A DNA stretch of 61,105 bases from Candidatus Melainabacteria bacterium GWF2_37_15 (GTDB taxonomy: Bacteria; Cyanobacteriota; Vampirovibrionia; Gastranaerophilales; UBA9971). Position 1 is the first letter of the stretch, and the number at the start of each line of letters is the position of its first letter. Made by a program: the position numbers and the translations under genes. This document shows positions 19,170-28,919 of this stretch, one piece after another. The notes under the pieces were generated by a model. That model did not search any database. It saw only the letters and a program-made list of their open reading frames with translations, and was not told the origin of the DNA. Location of the stretch: contig MFRL01000064.1 in assembly GCA_001784565.1 (NCBI GenBank), forward strand, positions 1-61,105, in the 5' to 3' direction.

Positions 19170-20732
19170 TTATAGATTATAACCTAATCTGTCCTGCAAG
19201 TTTTTATCCACAACAAACAGCGCGTCATTTCCTGCAAACTGTTCAAGTGCCACCCTTTTGCTCAGTACATCCTGCTGTGCCCGATATTTCAGATCCAGGG
19301 TTTCATTGTAAAAAACATCCGCAACATTGACCAGTTCAGGTTTTGATATTTTTATGGCATCCATATAATCTTTGCTCGCTTGTTCCATATTTTCAACAAG
19401 CATTAGATCCATTAATGAACTTAAATAGTTATGATAAAGCACTATCAGCTTTTCCTGAAGTGAGTCGGTTTCTTGCGCAAGCAAAACCAGGTCAGCATCT
19501 GTTACTTTTGATAAATGAGCATTTATTTTGCTGTCATCAGAAAGCACAGATGTAAGTAAATTTCCGCTAAACATTGCTGTTCCTGCTGACACAGGATCAC
19601 CTAACCCTAATCCAACAATCGGAGCCACGCTTGCCAGAGGAGATAAAATTTGCTTAACTAAAGTCTTTTTCTCCACATCTCCGTTAGGATTAGACAATTT
19701 GAGGATAGCAAACCTTATAGTTTCACTATTTTCTACACCAGCCTCCCATAAAATTTGCAGATCAGCAAGGATTTCCTTTCTTTCGTCTTCCATTTCATCA
19801 GCGATTTCTCTCGCCAGCGCTCTTATATCTAAATTATCGGACTCTACTTTGCCTTCTACAACCTGCGGTACAGGTGGTCCTTCCTTTTTATCTATGGATT
19901 CTGCTTTCAAATCTTCTAACAATGAAGTTTTGCCAAGATTTAAACCAGTGACCTCCTCTCCACCGGCAAGCCTTTCTAATTCCAGACGGTTAAGCTTAAT
20001 TTTTTGCTTAATTTCGATTTCAGTCCTCATAGCCTTGTTGTATAAGGTATTAGAAGTTAACATTACGGCGAATTCATCAGATTCCAGAGCATCAGAGTAC
20101 ATTTTGTTAAACTTTATGGTATTTTCTCTTGCTACTTTATAAGCTTCAAGATTACCTTTGTAGTCATAATAGTTTCTTATAATCTTATCCTGCAGGTCTT
20201 CAACAAGCCTTGCAAGATGGATAAGTTCTGTATCAGTCATAGGCATTTGTTTTGGCAAATTTTTATCAGCAATATACCTGCCTGCCAAACCGCCGCCAAA
20301 AGAAGATGCGCCTGATGTAACAGGATCAGCTCCTAGAATGCCCGGCAGCATTGCCGCACCACGGATAAGCGTTGCAAGAGTTTTAGTCATTCTGGATGAA
20401 GTAATCCTTCTCTTGTCAGGAGGAAGGGATAATTTTTGTAAAGCGAACGTAATGACAGGATTTCGTTTAACTGTAGACTCCCACAATACTTTTATGTCTT
20501 CAATATCCATTTTTTTCTGATCCTGGAGGTAATATTTCATCATTTCCTCCTTAGAATCAAACAGGTCATTGTTTATTTCCTGTGCTGGCTCACTGAGTTC
20601 AATTTTGTGTTTGCTTGTATCTACTAAATTCAACGCTATTTCTGCAGAAGAAAACTGGTTGAGCGCAAAAAACGCTGCAACTGATAATACACACATCCTG
20701 GATATTTTCTTTTTAAAAATAAAATTCTTCAA
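19170..20732 (-). CDS. Exported helical protein with an internal two-fold duplication
   Basis: N-terminal signal peptide; DIKVLWE..FALQKLS.P vs DLQILWE..FAILKLSNP; TDTELIHLA..LQDKI vs TDADLVLLA..LQEKL. Confidence 0.75.
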   Translation of the reverse strand: MKNFIFKKKISRMCVLSVAAFFALNQFSSAEIALNLVDTSKHKIELSEPAQEINNDLFDSKEEMMKYYLQDQKKMDIEDIKVLWESTVKRNPVITFALQKLSLPPDKRRITSSRMTKTLATLIRGAAMLPGILGADPVTSGASSFGGGLAGRYIADKNLPKQMPMTDTELIHLARLVEDLQDKIIRNYYDYKGNLEAYKVARENTIKFNKMYSDALESDEFAVMLTSNTLYNKAMRTEIEIKQKIKLNRLELERLAGGEEVTGLNLGKTSLLEDLKAESIDKKEGPPVPQVVEGKVESDNLDIRALAREIADEMEDERKEILADLQILWEAGVENSETIRFAILKLSNPNGDVEKKTLVKQILSPLASVAPIVGLGLGDPVSAGTAMFSGNLLTSVLSDDSKINAHLSKVTDADLVLLAQETDSLQEKLIVLYHNYLSSLMDLMLVENMEQASKDYMDAIKISKPELVNVADVFYNETLDLKYRAQQDVLSKRVALEQFAGNDALFVVDKNLQDRLGYNL

Positions 20733-20764
20733 AGTGCCTCACCCCGGTATTTGGTTATATTAAG

Positions 20765-22630
20765 TTATAACACATTCAAAAAAAAATATAAAATTCTGGA
20801 TATAATTGCACCTGTTCCGAAAGCTAACACCCATGAACCAAACCAGATAAATGTCGCTTCCTTAAAGCCGCGCTCTTTGAAAAGCATCACCACTGCAGCA
20901 ATACAGGGGACAAACAATGTTAATACTATAAGGCTGACCAGTATTTGGATGTTGTTTAATATTGCTGTTCCTCCGCCCATTCCTGCCATCTCTGCCAGTC
21001 CTGCTGCGCCAAAATCCCTTCTTATCAAACCCATAATAAACATATTTGCTGTTTCTTTTGGTAAATTCAGCAGGCCAACAGTCAATGGCTCAAATAAGTG
21101 CTGGATTATAGCCAGAGCATTTGTAATATGCAGCACGGAAATAATTAGAAAACCTAATATAAAAATGGGGGTTGCTTCCTGTAAAAAATACCACGTTTTA
21201 ACCAATGTTTTACTAAGCACATTTTTAAGGAGAGGTACTCTCATAGGTGGAAGTTCAATGAATAAATCAGTCGATTTACCGGGCAAAAGCCGGTTAAGCG
21301 CTGTTCCAACCAGGGCCATTAAGATAAAGAGCGTAGATAGATAGATAAGCCATGGGACTAATCCTCCAATAACCGCAATAAGTCCTAGTATAATGCCGAT
21401 TTGTGCGGAACAGGGCACTATTAAATTAAGGATTGCGGTTGCAATTGTCCTTTCTCGCTTGGAGCCAAGTATTCTGGTGGTTATTGTTGCCATTGTGACG
21501 CAGCCGAATCCGAGTATTACAGGTATGATTGCCCTGCCGTTGAGCCCGATTTTGGACATAAACCTGTCAGATAGTACGGCGAGCCTGGGAAGGTAGCCTG
21601 AGTCCTCCAGAATCGACATAAATATGTAGAAACCGAAGATCATAGGCAGTAAAACCCCTATTAAATACTGCACTGTCATTGTTAGTATTCCGAATTCGCC
21701 AATGAGTATTTCATTTATAGCGCCAGATGGGATAATTTTTACAACAATTTCAGTTATCCAGGGAATATAATGGGTTGCTATTATTTCATTTTCAAGGAAA
21801 TTAACCAGGTCACCTGCTATAAACACTCCCACTACCTTATAAAGAAGGTAAAGCATAAATATTGTAGTTATTGCGCCGATGTAGGGATTAAGTAGGAGGT
21901 TACCCACTATATACGAGATATTAACCTGTTTTTCCACTTCTGAAATAACCTCAGCAATTATTTGGGTTATATTCTTTCTTATTTCACTGTAAACTTGTTC
22001 TTTTTTTATTGAATCATTATCCAGTTCAAGTATTTGTGCAATTTTTTCCTTTACAGATAATTGGTGGCAGGAAAGTTTATATTCTTTATCTCTGATACTT
22101 TTTAAAATCTCGGATATTCCTTTATTTGCAACAGCTACAGCCGGAATAACCTTGACTCCCAGCAGGTTTTCAAGTTTTTCAAAATCAATCTGGATTCCTC
22201 TAATTTTTGCTTCATCTGTCTGGTTAACTACAACAATCAGCGGCAAATCAAGTTCAAGTAACTGATAGGTAAGAAAAAGGTCTCGCTCAAGGCTCAATGC
22301 ACTTGTTACGTTAATTATGATGTCTGATTTTTCAATTATTTTCCTTGTAACAACTTCATCATCAGTATAATTGCCGATAGAATAAGCGCCCGGTGTGTCA
22401 ATTATTTCCCCTTCCTTGATAAAAGCTTTGGAAACATCAACTGTAGTGCCGGGGTAATTACTTACCTCAGCGTAATAACACCCGGTCAATGCATTAAACA
22501 TAGCGGATTTGCCCACGTTAGGGTTACCGACCAGAGCTATTTTAGGCTGCCCTTCATCTTTACAAATTTGAGCACCTTTCCAGTCAGCACCCTTCCAGCA
22601 ATTTTTACAATCACAACCCAATAAACTCAT
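20765..22630 (-). CDS. feoB: Ferrous iron transporter FeoB
   Basis: GNPNVGKS, NYPGTTVD, DTPG G-domain; LEDSGYLPR, GFGC, VPCSAQ, FIELPP membrane motifs. Confidence 0.95.
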   Translation of the reverse strand: MSLLGCDCKNCWKGADWKGAQICKDEGQPKIALVGNPNVGKSAMFNALTGCYYAEVSNYPGTTVDVSKAFIKEGEIIDTPGAYSIGNYTDDEVVTRKIIEKSDIIINVTSALSLERDLFLTYQLLELDLPLIVVVNQTDEAKIRGIQIDFEKLENLLGVKVIPAVAVANKGISEILKSIRDKEYKLSCHQLSVKEKIAQILELDNDSIKKEQVYSEIRKNITQIIAEVISEVEKQVNISYIVGNLLLNPYIGAITTIFMLYLLYKVVGVFIAGDLVNFLENEIIATHYIPWITEIVVKIIPSGAINEILIGEFGILTMTVQYLIGVLLPMIFGFYIFMSILEDSGYLPRLAVLSDRFMSKIGLNGRAIIPVILGFGCVTMATITTRILGSKRERTIATAILNLIVPCSAQIGIILGLIAVIGGLVPWLIYLSTLFILMALVGTALNRLLPGKSTDLFIELPPMRVPLLKNVLSKTLVKTWYFLQEATPIFILGFLIISVLHITNALAIIQHLFEPLTVGLLNLPKETANMFIMGLIRRDFGAAGLAEMAGMGGGTAILNNIQILVSLIVLTLFVPCIAAVVMLFKERGFKEATFIWFGSWVLAFGTGAIISRILYFFLNVL

Positions 22631-22649
22631 TTATATCTTATTCCGCCTC

Positions 22650-22680
22650 TTATTGAAAAATATTCTCAATAATCATTGTC
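22650..22680 (-). promoter_or_regulatory. Fur-type operator upstream of feoB
   Basis: Palindrome TTATTGAAAA-TA-TTCTCAATAA plus adjacent AATCATTGTC, Fur-box-like hexamers overlapping a TTGACA...GACAAT promoter on the minus strand. Confidence 0.7.
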
Positions 22681-22708
22681 CAATAAATAATACCTGATTG
22701 TCAATAAT

Positions 22709-23446
22709 TTAGTAATTAATGGAACCGTGTTTTATAATTTCTGCGGTACAGCCAAGGCCAAATCCAGGCGCACCGCTAACATCTTCGTTAGTATCACCGG
22801 ATGCCGGGTCACAGCCTCTGGCATAATCATCAAATGCACCTGATGGGTATACCGTTCCATTTTTTACAATCTTGAAGTGAAAATAATCCCTTCCAATTTG
22901 ATTTGGTGGTTTTAAGCCGTTTATATCAATACCTACAGCTCCACAAATAGTTTCGTAGAGAGGGCTAGTCGGATCGGCAGATTTTGATGATGTGCAATTA
23001 CCTGCACCTAAATCGACTAATGTGATAGATATGCCATCAGCTAACCTTGCTTTCGCCCAATTAAAATCATCAACACTTCCTGGCAGAGTTGTTCCATTTA
23101 AATATTTATATGACGTATAGAAGCAACCTTGTCCTGCATTAGTATCACAATCTTTAGCTATTTTAAAATATGGTTTTAGGGCATCCCATACCTGTTGATT
23201 TCCCGCTTGATCAAGGTTACCGGTAAATGCTCCGCAGACTGCAAGGTCTCCAATACAGTCATTATCAAGAGAATATCGCTTTATAACCTGATTTAATACT
23301 GATGAATACTTCTTTACTTTTGCGGCTGCTTCCGCATTTTGGCTGTTTTGTATTAAAGCAGGTATAGTTAGAGCTGCAACAACTCCTATTACAGCAAGAG
23401 TCACCAGTACTTCTGCAAGGGTAAAAGCTTTTGTTTTTTTTAACAT
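22709..23446 (-). CDS. Type IV pilin-like / pseudopilin protein
   Basis: KA|FTLAEVLVTLAVIGVVAALTIP; C-terminal IDINGLKPPNQIGRDYF motif; paired Cys. Confidence 0.9.
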   Translation of the reverse strand: MLKKTKAFTLAEVLVTLAVIGVVAALTIPALIQNSQNAEAAAKVKKYSSVLNQVIKRYSLDNDCIGDLAVCGAFTGNLDQAGNQQVWDALKPYFKIAKDCDTNAGQGCFYTSYKYLNGTTLPGSVDDFNWAKARLADGISITLVDLGAGNCTSSKSADPTSPLYETICGAVGIDINGLKPPNQIGRDYFHFKIVKNGTVYPSGAFDDYARGCDPASGDTNEDVSGAPGFGLGCTAEIIKHGSINY

Positions 23447-23573
23447 ATATTACTATTTTAATGTATTTTTGAAAAAATTTCATACATTAATAATCTCTAT
23501 TAGAAACGTGTCCGATAAATTTGCCTGATAAATACTTTAAAATTATGCAAAAGGGGAAAAAGGAGAGGTCGTA

Positions 23574-24029
23574 ATGAAGTATTTAATTTTATTATTGTCA
23601 TTCCTGCTGCTTTCATTGCCTGCAACAGGCGCAAATTATGCAGATATGGCTCACAAAGCTTACAAAAATAAAGACTACGTTAAAGCGGCAGAATATTATG
23701 AACAAGCATATCAGCAGGATAAATCAGACGTTTATCTTGATAATGCCATAGCAGCCTACCTAAGCCATGCATTTAATCTTACAAACGATAAAGAATATGA
23801 CCAAGCTATAAAGTACTGCGAAAAGGTATTATCATTGAAACCGGGCTATTCAAACGCACAGGAACTCTTATGTGAAATTTACTATTCCAGGGGTACAGAT
23901 AGTTATTTCAATGGGAATGGAGAAGAAGCAAGAATACATATGGAAAAATCTTTGCAATACAGCGTCTTACCGGAACAAAAACAACGCGCTCTCGATGAAT
24001 TAAGGGACTGGAAAATCCAGTATTATTAA
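23574..24029 (+). CDS. Exported TPR protein
   Basis: Signal peptide plus ~3 TPR-like helical pairs; AGGAG RBS. Confidence 0.8.
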   Translation: MKYLILLLSFLLLSLPATGANYADMAHKAYKNKDYVKAAEYYEQAYQQDKSDVYLDNAIAAYLSHAFNLTNDKEYDQAIKYCEKVLSLKPGYSNAQELLCEIYYSRGTDSYFNGNGEEARIHMEKSLQYSVLPEQKQRALDELRDWKIQYY

Positions 24030-24046
24030 GGTAAATTAGAATAATT

Positions 24047-25573
24047 ATGATAAAAGTATTATCAAGCCGACAAATGAAGCAGGTCGACCAGAGAGCCATA
24101 GAAGAGCTGGGAATCCCCGGTGTGCTGCTAATGGAGAACGCTGGCAGGTCTGTCTGCGAAAAAGTAATTGAAATAACAGAAAATGAAGAAAAAAGCGTTC
24201 TTGTAATTTGTGGAAAAGGTAACAATGGCGGAGATGGGTTTGTTGCGGCAAGGCATTTGATTGAAAATTCCGTACAAACAACAGTTATTTCACTTTTCCG
24301 ACCTGAAAATCTGTCCGGAGATGCACTGCTTAATCACAATATACTCGAAAATTTCACAGAAATTATTTATTTTGACGATATTCCAATTAATAAATTCAAG
24401 GAAATTATTTCCCTGTCTGATATAGTGGTTGATGCTGTCTTTGGAACAGGCTTGAATAGTGAAATTCATGGTTTCCAGCTAGATGTAATTGAATCTATAA
24501 ACGAGTATGCTGAAGGTGAAATAGTTTCTGTTGATATCCCTTCCGGTGTGAATGCCGAAACAGGCGATGTTATGGGTAGTGCGGTTATTGCAGACTACAC
24601 TGTGACTTTCCATTCGCCAAAAATCGGACATTTACTGTACCCGGGGGCGGACTACTGCGGAGAAATTATGGTATATCCTATTGGAATTCCTGAGTTTCTC
24701 AGTGAAGAAGTTAAAGAATACAATAATTATCTTATTACATCGCATTATGCCCACATATCCCTGCCGTTCAGGCCGGAGGATGGCCATAAAGGCACTTTCG
24801 GCAAGGTATTCAACATTGCGGGAAGCTTTACAATGACAGGAGCTGCTTATATGTGCGCAATGTCATCTCTTCTTGTCGGAGCGGGATATACTATCCTTGC
24901 TGCACCGGAATCCGTTATACCTATCGTGGCTGCCAAAGCTTCGGAAATCGTGTATTTGCCTTTAAATGAGAATAATGCGCTTGATAAAAGCGCAGAAAGC
25001 GACGTTATTTTAATTGGGCCGGGACTTGGTACGGAAGAAGCAACTGTTCGTTTTGTTTCAAACTTTATCCAGCAGGTCACAAACAGGGGCGATAAAGTCA
25101 TAGTCGACGGTGACGGTTTAAATTGCCTAGCTATGCAGGAGCGTGTAGTTTTGCCGCTGAATTCAATTATAACCCCGCACCCAAAAGAGCTTTCCAGGTT
25201 AATGAAAATACCAGTTGAGGAAATACTAAGAAATAAACTTCAATCAGCAAAACAGGCAGCCGCCCAATTCAACACAATTGTAGTTTTAAAAGGTGCAAAC
25301 ACGATAATTGCAGAGCCTAACGGAAATGCCTACATAAACACAACAGGAAACACAGGACTAGCAACTGCAGGAAGCGGAGATGTGCTGGCTGGAATGATTG
25401 CGGGTTTTGTGGCACAGAGTATTGAGTTGCGGACTGCTGCTATTCTGGGAGTATTCCTGCATGGATTCGCTGCTAATATTGCGTTAGAGGAAATTAATGA
25501 GTATTCACTAACTGCCGAGAAGTTAATGGAATATGTTCCGGTAGCTATAAACAGAGTGTTAAACATAGACTAA
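24047..25573 (+). CDS. nnr: Bifunctional NAD(P)HX epimerase/dehydratase
   Basis: LMENAG, GKGNNGGDG, VDIPSG; HKGTFG, IGPGLG, TPHPKE, LATAGSGDVLAG. Confidence 0.95.
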   Translation: MIKVLSSRQMKQVDQRAIEELGIPGVLLMENAGRSVCEKVIEITENEEKSVLVICGKGNNGGDGFVAARHLIENSVQTTVISLFRPENLSGDALLNHNILENFTEIIYFDDIPINKFKEIISLSDIVVDAVFGTGLNSEIHGFQLDVIESINEYAEGEIVSVDIPSGVNAETGDVMGSAVIADYTVTFHSPKIGHLLYPGADYCGEIMVYPIGIPEFLSEEVKEYNNYLITSHYAHISLPFRPEDGHKGTFGKVFNIAGSFTMTGAAYMCAMSSLLVGAGYTILAAPESVIPIVAAKASEIVYLPLNENNALDKSAESDVILIGPGLGTEEATVRFVSNFIQQVTNRGDKVIVDGDGLNCLAMQERVVLPLNSIITPHPKELSRLMKIPVEEILRNKLQSAKQAAAQFNTIVVLKGANTIIAEPNGNAYINTTGNTGLATAGSGDVLAGMIAGFVAQSIELRTAAILGVFLHGFAANIALEEINEYSLTAEKLMEYVPVAINRVLNID

Positions 25574-25590
25574 GAGAAGGAGATTCAACT

Positions 25591-25983
25591 ATGCAAAGTC
25601 AATACCTTATACTTGCTGAAAATATTGTCTATAAAAACAACAAACTCAGCTGTATAAACATTATGGATCAGTTTTTAGTTATAAAACAACCAACCGAAGC
25701 TTATTTTGACCTTGCTGCAATCTGCGGCCCGGGCTGGGATGAAGGCGAATATACTATCTCAATCAAGGTACAGCTTGATGACGAGGAAATCTTCGAGATT
25801 GGAGCAAGCAAAATAAATGTGCCCCACAAGGATTTTGTTTATAATGCGCTTGCTCAAAACCTGAAAGTCGCAATCAAAGAAGATATAAAGTATGTTAAAT
25901 TCTATGTTTATAAGGATAACGACCTTGTAATGCAGAGAGATTACAAAGTAGCTGCAATGTTTGTCCCGCAGGAAGTAGCTTAA
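25591..25983 (+). CDS. Hypothetical beta-rich protein
   Basis: 130-aa ORF with AAGGAG RBS; no confident family. Confidence 0.65.
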   Translation: MQSQYLILAENIVYKNNKLSCINIMDQFLVIKQPTEAYFDLAAICGPGWDEGEYTISIKVQLDDEEIFEIGASKINVPHKDFVYNALAQNLKVAIKEDIKYVKFYVYKDNDLVMQRDYKVAAMFVPQEVA

Positions 25984-26077
25984 TAGCTTATAAAATTGCA
26001 GTCAATGTATAACTTATTGGTGGCGTTGTAGGCGTTAATTTTATATATTCCATACTGTCCCTGGCGTTAAAAAGGTT

Positions 26078-26124
26078 TTTTAGGGGGAGAAATGTCCGCA
26101 CAGCGGCCATTTCTCCCCCTAAAA
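26078..26124. terminator. Long hairpin, probable bidirectional terminator
   Basis: TTTTAGGGGGAGAAATG / CATTTCTCCCCCTAAAA perfect 17-bp stem with an inner CCGC-aca-GCGG, between convergent genes. Confidence 0.7.
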
Positions 26125-26134
26125 GTTTTTCGTA

Positions 26135-26863
26135 TTAATACTTTCTTTTTACAGCTCTATTGTGTGCAAGCCACTCGAATTCATCGTTAATTTCGGCTAA
26201 ATTAACCTGCCCGTAATTCCTTTCAAGGGATAGTTTTATTAAATAGTCAGTAAAATGTGGGTTTTTGGGCAGTAATGAACCATGTAAATAAGTGCCAAAA
26301 ACATTCTTTTTATAGGCTCCCTCTGATTTATCTTTACCGTTGTTGCCGTTCCCGATAATAACGCTACCAATTGGCTTTGTTTCACCTTCTAAATACGTTA
26401 GCCCGCTATGGTTTTCAAACCCTGTCAAAGTATTAGTATTATTTAGTGGTAAATCAGACAGCACTGTAACGTTTCCGATATATCTTGTATTTCCGGCGAT
26501 AGTGTATGCGTCTAAAAGGCTGATTCCTTTTAATTCCTCACCATCATGCGGCCGGTAATAATGTCCGAAAAGCTGGTATCCCCCGCAAATTGCCAGAAAA
26601 ACCGCACCGCTGTCCATGGCTTCATGAAGCGGGGTTTTTTGTTTCTGCAGTTCGTGAGAAACCGCGATTTGCTGCTGGTCCTGGCCTCCGCCTATAAAAT
26701 AAAAGTCGTAAAGCTCAGGGTTTATTTTATCGTTAATGCCGATTTCATGGACTTTTACGTCTATATTTCTCCACGTGCAACGTTTAATAAAGGCAGTTAC
26801 GTTGCCTTTATCACCATAAATGTTTAGTAAATCAGGGTATAAATGTGCTATGTTTATCTGCAT
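26135..26863 (-). CDS. gatD: CobQ/GatD-like type 1 glutamine amidotransferase
   Basis: HLYPDLLNIYGDKGN, IGGGQD, AICGGYQL, GFENHSG, GTYLHGSLLPKNP. Confidence 0.88.
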   Translation of the reverse strand: MQINIAHLYPDLLNIYGDKGNVTAFIKRCTWRNIDVKVHEIGINDKINPELYDFYFIGGGQDQQQIAVSHELQKQKTPLHEAMDSGAVFLAICGGYQLFGHYYRPHDGEELKGISLLDAYTIAGNTRYIGNVTVLSDLPLNNTNTLTGFENHSGLTYLEGETKPIGSVIIGNGNNGKDKSEGAYKKNVFGTYLHGSLLPKNPHFTDYLIKLSLERNYGQVNLAEINDEFEWLAHNRAVKRKY

Positions 26864-26970
26864 TTTTATCCTGGAAAAATCCTACTTAAAGATATTTTAA
26901 CAGCAAATATTGTGATGAATAATATGTCAAAATCGAGAAATCCAATCGAGTAATTTTATAAGGAGGAAAA

Positions 26971-27486
26971 ATGAAAAAAATATTACTTCTGGTACTGGTA
27001 ACGACAGCCATTATGCTAAGTGGCACAATAAAAGCCGATGCTGCTCTGCCACAAAACTCCAACATGAGTACTGCAGAAACACTATACTATTCAGGTGAAT
27101 TCTGCAAATTTTATGACCTATTAGAGCGTGCCGATCTTAATAGAGTTTTAAAAGGGAGAGGGCCATATACGGTTTTTGCTCCATCAGATGCTGCTTTAGC
27201 CAATGTACCGCAGGATATGCTTAACAAACTCGCCGGCGCACAAAATCAATGCGAGTTGGAAAGAGCAATGAGATACCATATTGTTTCTGATTGTGTATCC
27301 TGTCAACAACTAGCTGCCGGTAGTACTATAAAAACCACGGATGGAAGATGTGTTTGCGCCGGAAATGCTGCAAATGCAATAACATTAAATAATGCAAGAA
27401 TCGTACAGAGTGTTAATACAAACAATGGCGTAATTCATGTTATTGATAACATACTATTGCCTAGCGATCAGTTAAGCTTAAGGTAA
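26971..27486 (+). CDS. Exported fasciclin (FAS1) domain protein
   Basis: Signal peptide; GPYTVFAPSDAA, YHIV, NGVIHVIDNILLP. Confidence 0.93.
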   Translation: MKKILLLVLVTTAIMLSGTIKADAALPQNSNMSTAETLYYSGEFCKFYDLLERADLNRVLKGRGPYTVFAPSDAALANVPQDMLNKLAGAQNQCELERAMRYHIVSDCVSCQQLAAGSTIKTTDGRCVCAGNAANAITLNNARIVQSVNTNNGVIHVIDNILLPSDQLSLR

Positions 27487-27575
27487 TTAATAAGAAAATA
27501 AAGAAAGTTTGGAAAAAAGTAAATTTTTCCAAACTTTTTGTTTTTATATATATAAGAAATTGTGAATTTTGTAAT

Positions 27576-28163
27576 ATGAGCTTTCCGAAAATAGAAAAAC
27601 CTATACTTGCACAACAAAACCCTAATTGCCAGGGTTTATATAAAACGTCTGAAGGACTGGTCGCTCCAAAAGAACAGGCAGATAGTATTTTCGCAGAAAA
27701 AGTCAGGGAAAAAACCACAAGAAGAAATCAAGAAGTAAATGCGCACGAAGATTTGCACCAGCAGGTAGCAGGTTCATTTGCTAAAGGCAAAACTATAGAA
27801 ACTGGAAGTGACGAACTGGGTAATGCTATCGCAACCGGTGGGCATGTAGAAGTTCAAATGCCACCAAGTGTTACTTTTCAGGCGCCAATGACACAAATTG
27901 AAAAAGCTGAAAATCACGCAAGAATAATCGCACAATCAGCAATAGCACCTGCATCACTTGGCGGGGATGCCGGAAGACTTTCTGCCGCAGATCAGTCAGT
28001 ATATGCACAGGCAACATCAGCAATAGGTGCAGCAAGTTCTGCAAAATCTCAAAGAGCTGCATTTGAAGGACAAATTGCACAACAATCAGGACAGAAACCC
28101 GATAAAAATCAGGAATTAAAACCGGAAGATACACAAAAAAAACCTTTAAATATAATTGCTTAA
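27576..28163 (+). CDS. SprA-related putative Zn metalloprotease, paralogue 2
   Basis: EVNAHEDLH, ATGGHV, SAIAP...LSAAD; ends KKPLNIIA. Confidence 0.7.
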   Translation: MSFPKIEKPILAQQNPNCQGLYKTSEGLVAPKEQADSIFAEKVREKTTRRNQEVNAHEDLHQQVAGSFAKGKTIETGSDELGNAIATGGHVEVQMPPSVTFQAPMTQIEKAENHARIIAQSAIAPASLGGDAGRLSAADQSVYAQATSAIGAASSAKSQRAAFEGQIAQQSGQKPDKNQELKPEDTQKKPLNIIA

Positions 28164-28184
28164 ATTTGATGTAAAATTTAGTGT

Positions 28185-28919
28185 ATGAATAAAGCAAATG
28201 TATTTGGTTACCCTGTGCACCTTGTCACGCAGGATGAAGGTGTAAATTATGTGCTTGACGCAATAGATAAAGGACAGGGTCTTCACATTGTTACAATTAA
28301 CCCGGAAATAATAGCTGCTGCTGATAAATCACCTGAGCTGGCAGGTATACTCAAACAGGCAGAACTCGTGATACCTGATAGCATAGGCATGATGCTGGCG
28401 ATTTGGAGTTCGGGATTTTTTAGGGCAAAAAAATTACCGGGTATTGAATTTTCTGAAAAATTACTCGAAAAATGTGCTGAAAAAGGTATACGTGTGGGCT
28501 TTTTGGGCGGTAAGCCTGAAATTATCAAAGAACTAAATTTTCCTGGAGTAAATGTTGTTTTTTCTCATCATGGTTATTTTAAAGATGAGGAAGTAAACGA
28601 TATTACGCAGCAATTACAGGCGTCAGAGCCACAAATACTCTTTGTTGGGCTGGGTTGTCCAAAACAGGAATATTTTATAAAACGTCACAGAAATATTTTA
28701 AAAAAAATTGCTATGATAGGCGTAGGTGGTAGTTTTGACGTATGGGCTAAAAAAGTTAAAAGAGCACCTGTTCTTTTTCAGGCTTTTGGGCTAGAATGGT
28801 TTTACCGTTTGGTGACACAGCCGGAGAGGTTTAACAGGATGTTTCCTGTGTTACCGTTGTTTTTTTTGAGAATCGTGTTTGATAGGAAGAATTTGGGAAA
28901 AAAGTACGAAAATGAGTGA
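28185..28919 (+). CDS. WecB/TagA/CpsF family glycosyltransferase
   Basis: VTINPE, IPDSIG, PGIE, HHGYF, VGLGCPKQE, GVGGSFD, RAP..LEWFYRL. Confidence 0.93.
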   Translation: MNKANVFGYPVHLVTQDEGVNYVLDAIDKGQGLHIVTINPEIIAAADKSPELAGILKQAELVIPDSIGMMLAIWSSGFFRAKKLPGIEFSEKLLEKCAEKGIRVGFLGGKPEIIKELNFPGVNVVFSHHGYFKDEEVNDITQQLQASEPQILFVGLGCPKQEYFIKRHRNILKKIAMIGVGGSFDVWAKKVKRAPVLFQAFGLEWFYRLVTQPERFNRMFPVLPLFFLRIVFDRKNLGKKYENE

